Assembly: GCA_963809485.1 (NCBI GenBank)
Contig: CAWEJX010000007.1
Coordinates: 128,001-192,000, forward strand
Origin: an uncultured Acidobacteriota bacterium
GTDB lineage: Bacteria; Acidobacteriota; UBA6911
Direction: 5' to 3'
DNA length: 64,000 nucleotides
Part shown: positions 20,506-29,352 of the stretch, in pieces
How positions within the stretch are numbered: the stretch's first letter is position 1
How the letters are laid out: each line of letters opens with the position of its first letter
Program-made: the position numbers and the translations under genes
The notes under the pieces: model-generated
Database searches by the model: none
What the model was told of the DNA's origin: nothing
What the model saw: the letters and a program-made list of their open reading frames with translations, nothing else

Positions 20506-21197
20506 TCGTAGGAGATTTGAAAGAGATCAGCGAGATTGCATCTTCCATCGCCGGCTACTCGAAGGTGCTGGTTCTCGGATGCGGCGGCTGCGTGACTGTT
20601 TGCAGGTCGGGCGGCGACGCCGAAGCCCAGGATCTGTCGCGCCGGCTTTCCCATCCCGAGCATTACAGGGGTGTGCCTCCCGAGCTTATGGTTGGCACCA
20701 TCGAGAGGCAATGCGAGAATGATCTGATCAAATCCTTCCTCCAGATTCCCGAAGGCACCGACGCGATTTTGTCCCTGGCGTGCGGAGCCGGAGTGCAGAT
20801 TGTCGCCGATGCTTTCGAGCCGTTGCCTGTTCTTCCGGCGCTAACCACCACTTTTATGGGTGGAGCCGATGAACCCGGCGTCTGGCGCGAAAAGTGCCGT
20901 GGATGCGGAGACTGTCTGCTGGCCTGCACGGCGGGCATTTGCCCGATTACGCTTTGTGCGAAGCGCCTGCTGAATGGTCCCTGTGGAGGTTCCCGCGGCG
21001 GATACTGCGAAGTGGGATCGGAAACTCCTTGCGCCTGGGCAAAAATTTACGTGCGGCTCGAAAAGCAAGGCCGGCTGCATCTGCTGGACGAGATCCGAAT
21101 GCCGCGCGACTGGCGCAAAGCCGGCTATCGGACGGCGCGGGAGCGCCGGCGGACCGGCGTGGAATTATTTGGCGGCGGTCCACATACCAATTCCTGA
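20502..21197 (+). CDS. metV: MetV-like (MTHFR small, Zn/Fe-S) subunit
   Basis: GCGGCVTVC, RQCE, LACGAGVQ and CRGCGDC..GICPITLCAKRLLNGPCGG..CEV...CAW; start MIVGDL overlaps the upstream stop. Confidence 0.85.
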   Translation: MIVGDLKEISEIASSIAGYSKVLVLGCGGCVTVCRSGGDAEAQDLSRRLSHPEHYRGVPPELMVGTIERQCENDLIKSFLQIPEGTDAILSLACGAGVQIVADAFEPLPVLPALTTTFMGGADEPGVWREKCRGCGDCLLACTAGICPITLCAKRLLNGPCGGSRGGYCEVGSETPCAWAKIYVRLEKQGRLHLLDEIRMPRDWRKAGYRTARERRRTGVELFGGGPHTNS

Positions 21198-21325
21198 GAA
21201 GATTGACGATTTCATCAAGTGCCGGCTGCAATCCTCGGAAGGTGCGGGAATTGTTTTAGCGTCAGTGATTGCGTTTTGGATCATGGGCAAGACGGATGGG
21301 CTGGAAGACGATGGAGGCGTTGGCG

Positions 21326-21841
21326 ATGGATATTACTCAAGAAAAGATTTCCGCATGGATGGACATGTATTTTGCAGCGGTCCGCGAATGCATCGGCCCT
21401 CTCGAAAAGGTGCCGGAACTCGGAAAACTGTTTACAGAGGATTTTGAGTTCGTCTACTACACGCCGCCGGCAACCGCGGAGTTTACGGGAGGAAGAACTT
21501 CTCGCGAAGGACTTCTCATGCAAATGGTGCATCCCGGTCTCCGCGAGATCATTGAGCCCTGCTATTATGCGATCAACCTGGAAAAACTGATCGTTTGTGT
21601 CCGTTTCAACGACAGGACCGTGGATGAGGCGAGCGGCAAGGACATCGTGCCTCCCTTCCAGGCAAGTGCTCACTACACCCTCGTGCCGGCGGAGGACACG
21701 GGATTCAAGATCAAGCTGCTGGAATATTGGACGGAGAACCAGACTCCCGAGAACATTGCCATCACTCAGGCGGCCTGGTTCAGGAACAGCAAGCCCGCAT
21801 TCGAAAGCATCATCTTTGATTGGCTGAAAGCCAGGTACTAG
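21326..21841 (+). CDS. Hypothetical NTF2/SnoaL-like protein
   Basis: GGAGG RBS; WMDMYF..., KLFTEDFEF and a beta-rich C-terminus. The fold assignment is inferred. Confidence 0.6.
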   Translation: MDITQEKISAWMDMYFAAVRECIGPLEKVPELGKLFTEDFEFVYYTPPATAEFTGGRTSREGLLMQMVHPGLREIIEPCYYAINLEKLIVCVRFNDRTVDEASGKDIVPPFQASAHYTLVPAEDTGFKIKLLEYWTENQTPENIAITQAAWFRNSKPAFESIIFDWLKARY

Positions 21842-21856
21842 ACATCGCGTAGCCTC

Positions 21857-22081
21857 TTGAAGACCGGCGTGACCGGCGGCTTTAGCACTTTTATCGGCTT
21901 CTCGACAAAGAAACGCCGCGGCGCGATCGTTCTCGCTAGCTTTCTTTCACGGTCCGGCGGCGGAGGGCCGGTCGATGGGACTGTACTCAATATCGGTATG
22001 GAATTGATCAATCCAGGTTTTAATCTGGGCAATGTTGACGCGCTGTATCGCTGGATCGGCTTACTCATCCGGCAGCGTTGA
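21857..22081 (+). pseudogene. C-terminal remnant of a serine hydrolase/beta-lactamase-family gene
   Basis: KTGVTGGFSTFIGF...RRGAIVLA resembles the conserved (H/K)xG-xT-GGF C-terminal segment; no upstream part is present. Confidence 0.5.
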
Positions 22082-22190
22082 GCTTGCGGTCGAGGTACGC
22101 TTATGCGTCTGCCATTGCGCAGGGGCTTGAGCTTGATGAAGCTTTACTCCTGTCATCGACCGGCGGCCCGGGGCTGCGCCCAGTCTTACC

Positions 22191-23210
22191 CTACCCCTGT
22201 GCCATGCTGCGCTTCCTTGCGTTTGCCGCCAACTGCCATCCAAAACACAGTAGTTGCAGCACCGTGATGGCGGCAATAACGCAAAAGGCCACATGAATTC
22301 CAAGGTTCAGTGAAACCAATGCGCCGGCGTACCGCGCGCTGTCTGCCGTACTGCGCAACGTGAAGTACGTGTGACCCGGCGCAAACAGCATGATGAACTG
22401 CGGGATCAGCGCCAGGGCCGCAAATACCACCCGGTTGATGCCGGCCGTGTGCGGCCACAGTCCGAGCGCCAGCTCGATGCCGCGCCACACGATCTGAAGA
22501 GCGCTCGTCGCCGCTACCCACCAGTAGAATGTCCAACAGACCGGCGCGATCTCGAACGGGATTTGTTTCAAGTAGGCGGCGCCCGGCCCGAGCAGGAGAT
22601 AGGGATAGATCGGCGCCAGCAGCCAGAAGGCAAGGCCCACAATGCTGAAGGCCAGTCCGGCAATCGCTTGCGCGCGCGTGCGCGGCTTCGGTCCCGAAGG
22701 TCTCCGATCGAGCGGCGGGAGCGAACGTGGAGACCACTCCGGCAGCCCCGGCGGCAGCTTTTTGGAGATACGAACGGCCACAAACTCGGCGACGGCAAAG
22801 CTCAAGGTGATGAATGCTGCGAAGCCCAGCAACTGCCAGGGCAAGCGGCCTGCGGCGCGCAGCGACACGCTGCCGGGATGCTCATTTCCTGCGGCCTGAA
22901 TCACGCTAACCACCACATAGATCACGATGAACCAGAGGGATGCCGTTCTTATCACCAGCCGGTAGATGGGGAAGAGCGCTGGGCCGATCAGATACTGCTG
23001 TGGCTGGTAGCGAGCTGCCATCTGCATGGGAGAACCCAACTGCTTCACCCAGGCTTCGGCTTCCTCCCCGGTCATCGGGCGGCCAAGCGCGGACTCCTTG
23101 TCCTCCAACTGCTCCTCCAAGTTGGCGCGCAACTCGGCCAGAAGGTCGTCCTGCCGCTTCAAGGGCAGGTGCTTGCGTACAGCTTCAAGATAGCGGTCAA
23201 GCAGTTCCAT
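22191..23210 (-). CDS. Multi-pass membrane protein with HAAS-like N-terminus, PadR partner
   Basis: MELLDRYLEAVRKHLP..DDLLAEL..LGSP..MAARY; several hydrophobic segments. Confidence 0.8.
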   Translation of the reverse strand: MELLDRYLEAVRKHLPLKRQDDLLAELRANLEEQLEDKESALGRPMTGEEAEAWVKQLGSPMQMAARYQPQQYLIGPALFPIYRLVIRTASLWFIVIYVVVSVIQAAGNEHPGSVSLRAAGRLPWQLLGFAAFITLSFAVAEFVAVRISKKLPPGLPEWSPRSLPPLDRRPSGPKPRTRAQAIAGLAFSIVGLAFWLLAPIYPYLLLGPGAAYLKQIPFEIAPVCWTFYWWVAATSALQIVWRGIELALGLWPHTAGINRVVFAALALIPQFIMLFAPGHTYFTLRSTADSARYAGALVSLNLGIHVAFCVIAAITVLQLLCFGWQLAANARKRSMAQG

Positions 23211-23223
23211 AGCGTGTTCCTTC

Positions 23224-23553
23224 TTACAGAATGTTGTCCATTGAGGCGTTGATCGTTTGCCACTCCTGCAGAAGCCGGGCGAGAATGCCTGAGCCCTCGG
23301 CAGAGAGCTTGTAGAAGCGCTTTTTGCGCTTGTCTTCCTCGCGCCACTCGCTCACCAGCAAGCCCTGAGATTCCAGCCGGCGAAGCAGCGGATAGAGCGT
23401 GCTTTCCTCAATTTCCAGGCCACGCCCTACCAGGGCTTTGCGGAGCGTATATCCGTAATGCTCCCGGCGGAGCTTGGCAAGGACTGCCAATGACAGGCAC
23501 CCGCGGCGGAGCTCAAGTCGAAGATTTTCAAAGAGGTTTTCTTCTACGGTCAT
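23224..23553 (-). CDS. PadR-family regulator
   Basis: ELRRGCLSLAVL, YGY, TLYPLLRRLE and KRFYKLSAEG motifs. Confidence 0.92.
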   Translation of the reverse strand: MTVEENLFENLRLELRRGCLSLAVLAKLRREHYGYTLRKALVGRGLEIEESTLYPLLRRLESQGLLVSEWREEDKRKKRFYKLSAEGSGILARLLQEWQTINASMDNIL

Positions 23554-23565
23554 ACAATGGCCCCC

Positions 23566-23603
23566 ATACTGTATGTAATATACTGTATGTCACATAGTGT
23601 ATG
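23566..23603. promoter_or_regulatory. Candidate PadR operator
   Basis: Tandem ATACTGTATGT repeats followed by the inverted-like ACATAGTGTAT, just upstream of padR. Confidence 0.45.
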
Positions 23604-24003
23604 GAATCAAGTATTATTTTAGATTTCCTTGCACCAATGAGCCTTTAATAAAGGATTAATAAAAGAAATTCTGGATCCTTTGCCAGCCTGCAGTGCTTCG
23701 AAGCACTCATCGAGGAGATCGGAGAACGTCCTCACACTCCCGGAGACCGTGACTATCTTCGGATGAAGGTTAAAAACTGGCGGAGCAATGGCAGCATGCG
23801 CGTGAACAAAACCGCCAAACACGGCTGCCTGCTTCCTCCGGAGACGCGAGGATGCTGTCGTTTTCCATGATTTTATGCGTTAAAAAAAGAGGGTGATAAA
23901 GGGGGAAAGCAGGGGGGAGATAGGGGGGAGATAGGTTAACTGATGGATGCCTGGGCGGTCAGCTTCAGGGCATTGTTCGCCGACCCCTTAGAATAGATTG
24001 CTT

Positions 24004-24354
24004 TCAGCCCTTGGGCGTGATCTTGCTGGTGTAGGACTGGGCGACAATCTTGCCATTCTGCACGACGAACGTGTCCGTACCCAGGTCGTACACGTTATCG
24101 GGCGTCTCTGCGTGCCACAGGATGTAACCGCAGTCGCCCACAACGGACTGCAGTTTCATGCTGAACGCTGAGCCAGGCTTCTCAAATTCCGCAATCAACG
24201 CCTGGAACATCGGCCTGATTGCGTCGACGCCCCTAAGCGGTCCATTTGCGGTGAACATGACGGCATCGGCTGCATAGTCGGAGAGGACGCCGTTGAGGTC
24301 GCGCTCACTAAAATATTTCAAGTGGCGGTCCAGGATGTCTTTTGTTGCAATCAT
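24004..24354 (-). CDS. SnoaL-like/NTF2 protein
   Basis: DLNGVLSDYAADAV, LRGVDAIR and GTDTFVVQNGKIVAQ motifs. Confidence 0.85.
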   Translation of the reverse strand: MIATKDILDRHLKYFSERDLNGVLSDYAADAVMFTANGPLRGVDAIRPMFQALIAEFEKPGSAFSMKLQSVVGDCGYILWHAETPDNVYDLGTDTFVVQNGKIVAQSYTSKITPKG

Positions 24355-24395
24355 TTCTCATTCCTCCTTTGTTGTTTTGTTTCCATTTGCCAGCT

Positions 24396-25793
24396 TCAGA
24401 TATCCGCAGGCACAATGTTTTGATTCACCCGGAATAGGTTGTCGGGATCGTACTTTGCCTTGATTTGACGCAGCCGCCCATAGTTCGCGCCGTACGTTGC
24501 TTCCACCCGCCCCGCGCCTTCTTCCATCATGAAGTTGATGTAGGCGCCAGGCGCCGAAAGCGGGTGCAGCGTATTCCAATATGTTTTTGCCCAGCGGGTG
24601 ATCCTTTCTTTGTTCGCCGGATCTGGGTCGACGCCGATGATCACTTCCGCCCATTTTGTTTTCCTGTAGCTGAAGGCCGTATCGCCCTCGGCCGTGCGGT
24701 GCACCGCTCCGTTGACGGGGTAGAGGTGCATGCTTGAGAGCATAGTCGGCAGCTGCGAGCCGTGGTTCACGTGCAGCGTAATGGCTTCGTCGCTGAGACA
24801 GTCCACGAAGTCGGCTTTCCAGTACCATTGCAGGCCCGGCGGATACAGATTGTCGAACAGGCGCTGCAAAAAGGGGAACGGCATCGGTCCAACGGCTTCC
24901 AGGAGCGGTTTACCCCAGCTCTCGGCCGGCTTGAGGATTTTTCGGGTGCGTTCCTCGTCCGCCAGGGAACACCACACCACGCCACAGACTTTTCGCATGT
25001 GGAGCTCCGCCGGAAACAGGTCCACAGGAGGCACTGTGAGAAAGGCAAAAAAGCCGTTCACTTCTTCCGGCGCGTTCGTGATGAAATCCTCGTACGCTCT
25101 CATCACAGCAGGCGCGTCTTCCAGCGCCCAGAACATCGGCCCGGCAATTACGCTGCCAACCGGGTGCAGCCGGAACTTGAATGAGGTCCCGACGCCAAAG
25201 TTGCCGCCCCCTCCGCGCACTGCCCAAAAAAGGTCCTGGTTTTGCTGATCATTCGCGGTTACGAAGCTCCCGTCGGCAAGCACCATATCCACACTCAGCA
25301 GGTTATCGATCGTCAAGCCCCATTTCCGCGATAAATGCCCGATGCCACCGCCGAGTGTCAGTCCGCCCACCCCGGTAGTGGAAATGATGCCGCTCGGCGC
25401 AGCCAGCCCGAATGCATGTGTGGCATGATCCACATCACCCCACACGCATCCGCCCGAGACCTGCGCGATTTTGGCCTGAGGATCCACCTGCACGCTGCGC
25501 ATGCGCGACAGGTCGATCACCAGGCCGTCGTTGCAGCTCCCAAGGCCCGGCCCGTTGTGACCGCCTCCGCGGACTGCAAGAAGGATTCCCTTTTCGCGCG
25601 CGTAGTTCACGCATGCCATCACGTCGGCCGCATCCACGCAGCGCGCAATCACCGCCGGTTTCTTGTCAATCATTGCGTTGAAGAGCTTCCGCGCCTCGTC
25701 GTAACCGGCATCCCCCCGCTGGATTGTCTCTCCTCGCAGATTTGCTTTTAGAGCGCTAAGGTCTTCCGCGCTTCCCTTCAATTCTGGATTCAT
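24396..25793 (-). CDS. FAD-linked oxidase (berberine-bridge/6-HDNO family)
   Basis: RGGGH covalent-FAD motif, GLTLGGGIG, DLFWAVRGGGGNFG, YINF and KAKYDPDNLF. Confidence 0.92.
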   Translation of the reverse strand: MNPELKGSAEDLSALKANLRGETIQRGDAGYDEARKLFNAMIDKKPAVIARCVDAADVMACVNYAREKGILLAVRGGGHNGPGLGSCNDGLVIDLSRMRSVQVDPQAKIAQVSGGCVWGDVDHATHAFGLAAPSGIISTTGVGGLTLGGGIGHLSRKWGLTIDNLLSVDMVLADGSFVTANDQQNQDLFWAVRGGGGNFGVGTSFKFRLHPVGSVIAGPMFWALEDAPAVMRAYEDFITNAPEEVNGFFAFLTVPPVDLFPAELHMRKVCGVVWCSLADEERTRKILKPAESWGKPLLEAVGPMPFPFLQRLFDNLYPPGLQWYWKADFVDCLSDEAITLHVNHGSQLPTMLSSMHLYPVNGAVHRTAEGDTAFSYRKTKWAEVIIGVDPDPANKERITRWAKTYWNTLHPLSAPGAYINFMMEEGAGRVEATYGANYGRLRQIKAKYDPDNLFRVNQNIVPADI

Positions 25794-25823
25794 AAATTCC
25801 CTCCCTTTCCGTAATTGGCCTAA

Positions 25824-25838
25824 GACAGACAAGTCTGT
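25824..25838. promoter_or_regulatory. TetR operator copy upstream of the FAD oxidase
   Basis: GACAGAC-AA-GTCTGT matches the palindrome at 26462. Confidence 0.65.
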
Positions 25839-25859
25839 TTCAGACCGACGCAAAGAAAA

Positions 25860-26444
25860 TCACCGTAAAATCCGTTTCGCCGCATCGATGGCCTCATAGA
25901 AGGGCTCGGCATCATGGTAGATCTGTGCCATGGCCAAAGCTCCCGCCAGGATCAGCATGAAGTCGTCGGCAGCCTTGTGGGTGTCCCGGCCTTTCCAAGC
26001 GGCGCCGCGCTTTATCTTCAACTCCTGCATAAGCCGCCCGATCAACTGGCGTACATTCCGGTAGTGGCTTTTACATTCCTGCCGCACGGGATTGGCGTGA
26101 TGCGGAATTTCGGACGCCATATTCAAATAGGCGCAGCCGCGGAAGTCCCGCTCCTGGGACCAGGGGATCAGGAACTCGAACAGACCGATCAACTTCTCAT
26201 AGGGTCCCGGGTAGCCTTGGATCCCGTTTTCCATAAGCTTGGTTTCTTCCTTATTCATGATCTTCACGTAGGCAAGAGCCAGGGATTCTTTCGAGGGGAA
26301 ATGGTCATAAAACGTTGCCTTTGCCACGCCCGATTTCTTGATGATCTCGTTGATTCCCGTTGCACGATACCCGTTCCGGTAGAAAAGATCCCGAGCCGTG
26401 TTTAGGATCCGTTTGCGCGCTTCACTGTCCTTTTCCATTGTCAT
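25860..26444 (-). CDS. TetR-family regulator
   Basis: ARKRILNTARDLFYRNGYRATGINEIIKKSGVAKATFYDHFPSKE and FRGC; start taken at MTMEKD. Confidence 0.9.
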   Translation of the reverse strand: MTMEKDSEARKRILNTARDLFYRNGYRATGINEIIKKSGVAKATFYDHFPSKESLALAYVKIMNKEETKLMENGIQGYPGPYEKLIGLFEFLIPWSQERDFRGCAYLNMASEIPHHANPVRQECKSHYRNVRQLIGRLMQELKIKRGAAWKGRDTHKAADDFMLILAGALAMAQIYHDAEPFYEAIDAAKRILR

Positions 26445-26461
26445 GTCAAAATTGTGAACCA

Positions 26462-26477
26462 GACAGACTGGTCTGTC
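26462..26477. promoter_or_regulatory. TetR autoregulatory operator
   Basis: Perfect palindrome GACAGAC-TG-GTCTGTC just upstream of the tetR start. Confidence 0.7.
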
Positions 26478-26816
26478 AAGTGGTGCGTATTGCGGCACCG
26501 TGCCGAAAAGAAAACAAGAAGGTCCGGCGACCGTATGGGGCAAGAAACGGAGGATGGCACCGGAAGAAGATTGTCCTTCCGGCTGCCGACGTAAGACACG
26601 ACAGAAGGGCGACCGGACCACCCCGCCCGGTCGACCATCTCCAGCCCATCAAGTGGAAAAGGCGAACCGTCTATATCTGCGTCGACTGGTCGGCGACCAC
26701 GGCATAACCGCGGGCTAACCTTTGGACCTTGCCTTCAGAGCACAGTTGTCTTAAGGCTTCAACGACACGTTGATTGCGCACCTGCAGTTTTGCCCGGAGT
26801 GTTAAGCAAGGATCGA

Positions 26817-27135
26817 ATGGCCCGTTTCAGGGCCAGGGCGATCGAGGACATGGTCGGGATAAAGCGGACGGCGCTGTACGGAAAGCTGAACCAGCTTGTA
26901 CGGAGCGGACAGATCAAGAAGGACGGAAATCTCTACTATGTCTCGAATGTAGAATAACTTGGGAAGATTTTGGGTTTTCCGTCCAGTTTCCGCGTCCGGT
27001 TTTTCCGTGAATTCGGACGGACGCGGAAAGCTCAATGAACGGAGAGGGATACCGGCGGACAACCGTCCGCGGAAAATTCCGTCCGCTTCACCCTCCCTTT
27101 AGGGGGTGAACGGAGCGGAAAGCGGAGCGGAAATG
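26817..27135 (+). mobile_element. Relic of a replicon: winged-helix tail ORF followed by an origin-like repeat cluster
   Basis: 26817-26957 encodes MARFRARAIEDMVGIKRTALYGKLNQLVRSGQIKKDGNLYYV. It is followed by dense TCCG/CGGA repeats, inverted repeats and a GCGGAAA tandem. Confidence 0.45.
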
Positions 27136-27169
27136 AGATTGTTTGGAAAATTGCTGGGGAAGGCCCACC

Positions 27170-27790
27170 TCAATGCTTCGGATTCAGCCATTTAAGAGGG
27201 ATAAACATCGACACATTTCGCTGATATTCCCGGTATATGTCGCCGAATTCGAGTACAAGCTTTTTTTCCTCCAGGAGGGTTCCAATTACCAGATACGCAG
27301 AAAGAACGGCATTGACAACTATGGTCGCCACATTCAAATCGTTTGCCCATATAAGAATGAATACGGCCAAGTACCACGGATGGCGGATGAGTCCCAAAAC
27401 TCCACTGGAATCAAGTTCGCCGCTTTTTGTCATTGCACCGGCCAGACGATTGCTTCGGATTTGCTGCAAACCGATAAATAGACTCATGCTGTAATGTCGG
27501 GCTCCGCCTATAATGAGCACGGCGGCCAGAAGCGCCAAGGAATAACGAGCCATTCGCCAATTTCCCTCCCAGACAAAGACAACTGAGCCTCTAAATCGAG
27601 GGGAATCTGAAAATAGGAGTAGAGGAATCAACGTTCCAATAGAAAAGAGATTAAATAATATCCGGGAAAAACAATACTTGGTTCCAAGAACGCGCTGGAA
27701 AAAGCGTGTCGCCCTTACGGAAATCAACCAACTGTGAACCGCACAATAGGCGATCCACAACAATGCAAGCACTATGTGATCGGTTCGCAT
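27170..27790 (-). CDS. NnrU/isoprenylcysteine methyltransferase-like membrane protein
   Basis: YCAVHSWL, GLIRHPWY and EEKKLVLEFGDIYREYQRNVSMFIP motifs. Confidence 0.82.
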   Translation of the reverse strand: MRTDHIVLALLWIAYCAVHSWLISVRATRFFQRVLGTKYCFSRILFNLFSIGTLIPLLLFSDSPRFRGSVVFVWEGNWRMARYSLALLAAVLIIGGARHYSMSLFIGLQQIRSNRLAGAMTKSGELDSSGVLGLIRHPWYLAVFILIWANDLNVATIVVNAVLSAYLVIGTLLEEKKLVLEFGDIYREYQRNVSMFIPLKWLNPKH

Positions 27791-27863
27791 AGCAGCTTTT
27801 CTACACCGAATGCCGCGAGACGGGAAGTTTTTTTGAAATATTGCTTGACAATCCATTTGCTTG

Positions 27864-27895
27864 ATACAATTATTGTATTATGCAACTATATTGCA
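27864..27895. promoter_or_regulatory. Candidate MarR operator(s) in the divergent intergenic region
   Basis: Palindromes ATACAAT-T-ATTGTAT and TGCAA-CTATA-TTGCA immediately before marR. Confidence 0.5.
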
Positions 27896-27905
27896 GGGGG
27901 AGCAA

Positions 27906-28391
27906 TTGGAGATCAAATCCATCGAGCGGTTCAGGGCGAAGCTTCGGGAAATAGAGCGCGCCGTGTGGATCCAAACCAAAAGTGAAGCTCTCTGTTGCGG
28001 CGTCACGATGGCGCAGTGCCATGCAATCCTGGAGATAGGCGAAGCGGGAGAATTGAATTTGAAGGATTTATCCGCCCGCTTAGGACTTGATAACAGCACC
28101 CTTAGCCGGACCGTCGAGAGTTTGGTTCAGGACGGGCTTGCGGAAAGAACTCCAAGCACGGAGGACAGACGCGCGACGGTTATACGATTGAATGAAAAAG
28201 GCCGTGCGGCCCGCGACCGTATCAATACCACCTGGAATCGGATCTGCCAGGATATGTTTAAAGGCATTCCGCAGGAGAAACACGCGCAGCTTGTCGAATC
28301 CGTATCGATAGTTGCAGAGCTGCTTGCCGGTTGCTGTATAGATCAATGCTATATAAAAAAATCTGCTACTAAAGAGAGAGCTCGTGTTTGA
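27906..28391 (+). CDS. Cys-rich MarR-family regulator
   Basis: GVTMAQCHAIL, LGLDNSTLSRTVESLV and DRRATVIRL; CC pairs at both ends; TTG start after a GGGGGAG RBS. Confidence 0.88.
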   Translation: MEIKSIERFRAKLREIERAVWIQTKSEALCCGVTMAQCHAILEIGEAGELNLKDLSARLGLDNSTLSRTVESLVQDGLAERTPSTEDRRATVIRLNEKGRAARDRINTTWNRICQDMFKGIPQEKHAQLVESVSIVAELLAGCCIDQCYIKKSATKERARV

Positions 28392-28437
28392 GGTTATATA
28401 TTGGGGTTTTGCAATAATTTTTGGGAGGTAACCACAG

Positions 28438-29286
28438 ATGAATTCCACAGAAATAAAACAGATCGTTAAAGAGAAGTATGGACAGGCGGCGGTGCAGGCA
28501 AAATCCGGCGGGCGCAGCTGTTGCGGATCTTCGAGCTGCTGCAGTTCCGTAGACCCTATTATAAAAGATCTATACTCATCGGACGAGATGGCGGAGCTTC
28601 CGGAAAAGGCTGTTCTGGCATCGCTTGGGTGCGGCAATCCCACGGCTCTCGCGGAGCTAAAGCCTGGCGAAACAGTCCTTGATCTTGGTTCAGGGGGCGG
28701 CATTGATGTTCTATTGTCTGCCAGGCGTGTGGGGCCAAATGGCAAGGCCTATGGTCTCGACATGACAGACGAAATGCTCTCGTTGGCGCATGAAAACCAG
28801 CGCCAGGCCGGCGTCAAGAACGTCGAATTTCTGAAGGGAGAAATCGAAAATATTCCCCTGCCCGACAACTCCGTGGATGTGATCATTTCCAATTGCGTGA
28901 TCAACCTTTCTGCGGATAAGGATAGCGTTCTGCGTGAGGCGTTTCGAGTCCTGAAGCCGGGCGGACGCTTCGCTGTCTCAGATGTTGTTGTGCTGGGAGA
29001 TATCCCGGCAGATATCAGGAAGAATGTTGAGCTTTGGGCTGGCTGCGTTGCCGGCGCATTGCATCAGGATGAGTATCGTTCTAAGCTTGCAAAAGCGGGC
29101 TTCGAGAAGATGGATGTCGAGCCAACTCGCATTTATCAGGGGCAGGACGTCAGGGATCTTCTATCCGGGACGAATCTGGACGCGGAGTCCATAATTGCTC
29201 AGGTTGATGGTAAGTTCGCCAGCGCTTTCGTTCGCGCTCAAAAACCGGCTGCGGCATGCTGTGGATCAGATTGCTGCCGTGGATAG
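28438..29286 (+). CDS. arsM: Arsenite methyltransferase
   Basis: SLGCGNP, VLDLGSGGGID, IISNCVINL and WAGCVAGA motifs; CC-rich termini. Confidence 0.93.
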   Translation: MNSTEIKQIVKEKYGQAAVQAKSGGRSCCGSSSCCSSVDPIIKDLYSSDEMAELPEKAVLASLGCGNPTALAELKPGETVLDLGSGGGIDVLLSARRVGPNGKAYGLDMTDEMLSLAHENQRQAGVKNVEFLKGEIENIPLPDNSVDVIISNCVINLSADKDSVLREAFRVLKPGGRFAVSDVVVLGDIPADIRKNVELWAGCVAGALHQDEYRSKLAKAGFEKMDVEPTRIYQGQDVRDLLSGTNLDAESIIAQVDGKFASAFVRAQKPAAACCGSDCCRG

Positions 29287-29352
29287 TCAGCCATCTCACC
29301 GCTTCGCCATACAGACGGTATTTGGAAACTCGCAGAGGGGAGGAATCTGTCG

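Noticed and set aside
1726-22899. Long opposite-strand ORFs (e.g. 1726-2559, 11792-12946, 13531-14307, 17988-19223)
   Set aside because: They are antisense shadows of well-supported genes in GC-rich DNA and have no recognisable motifs.
23619-23940. 67-aa ORF and GGGGGGAGATA tandem
   Set aside because: No recognisable family or RBS, and the repeat is too short to interpret.
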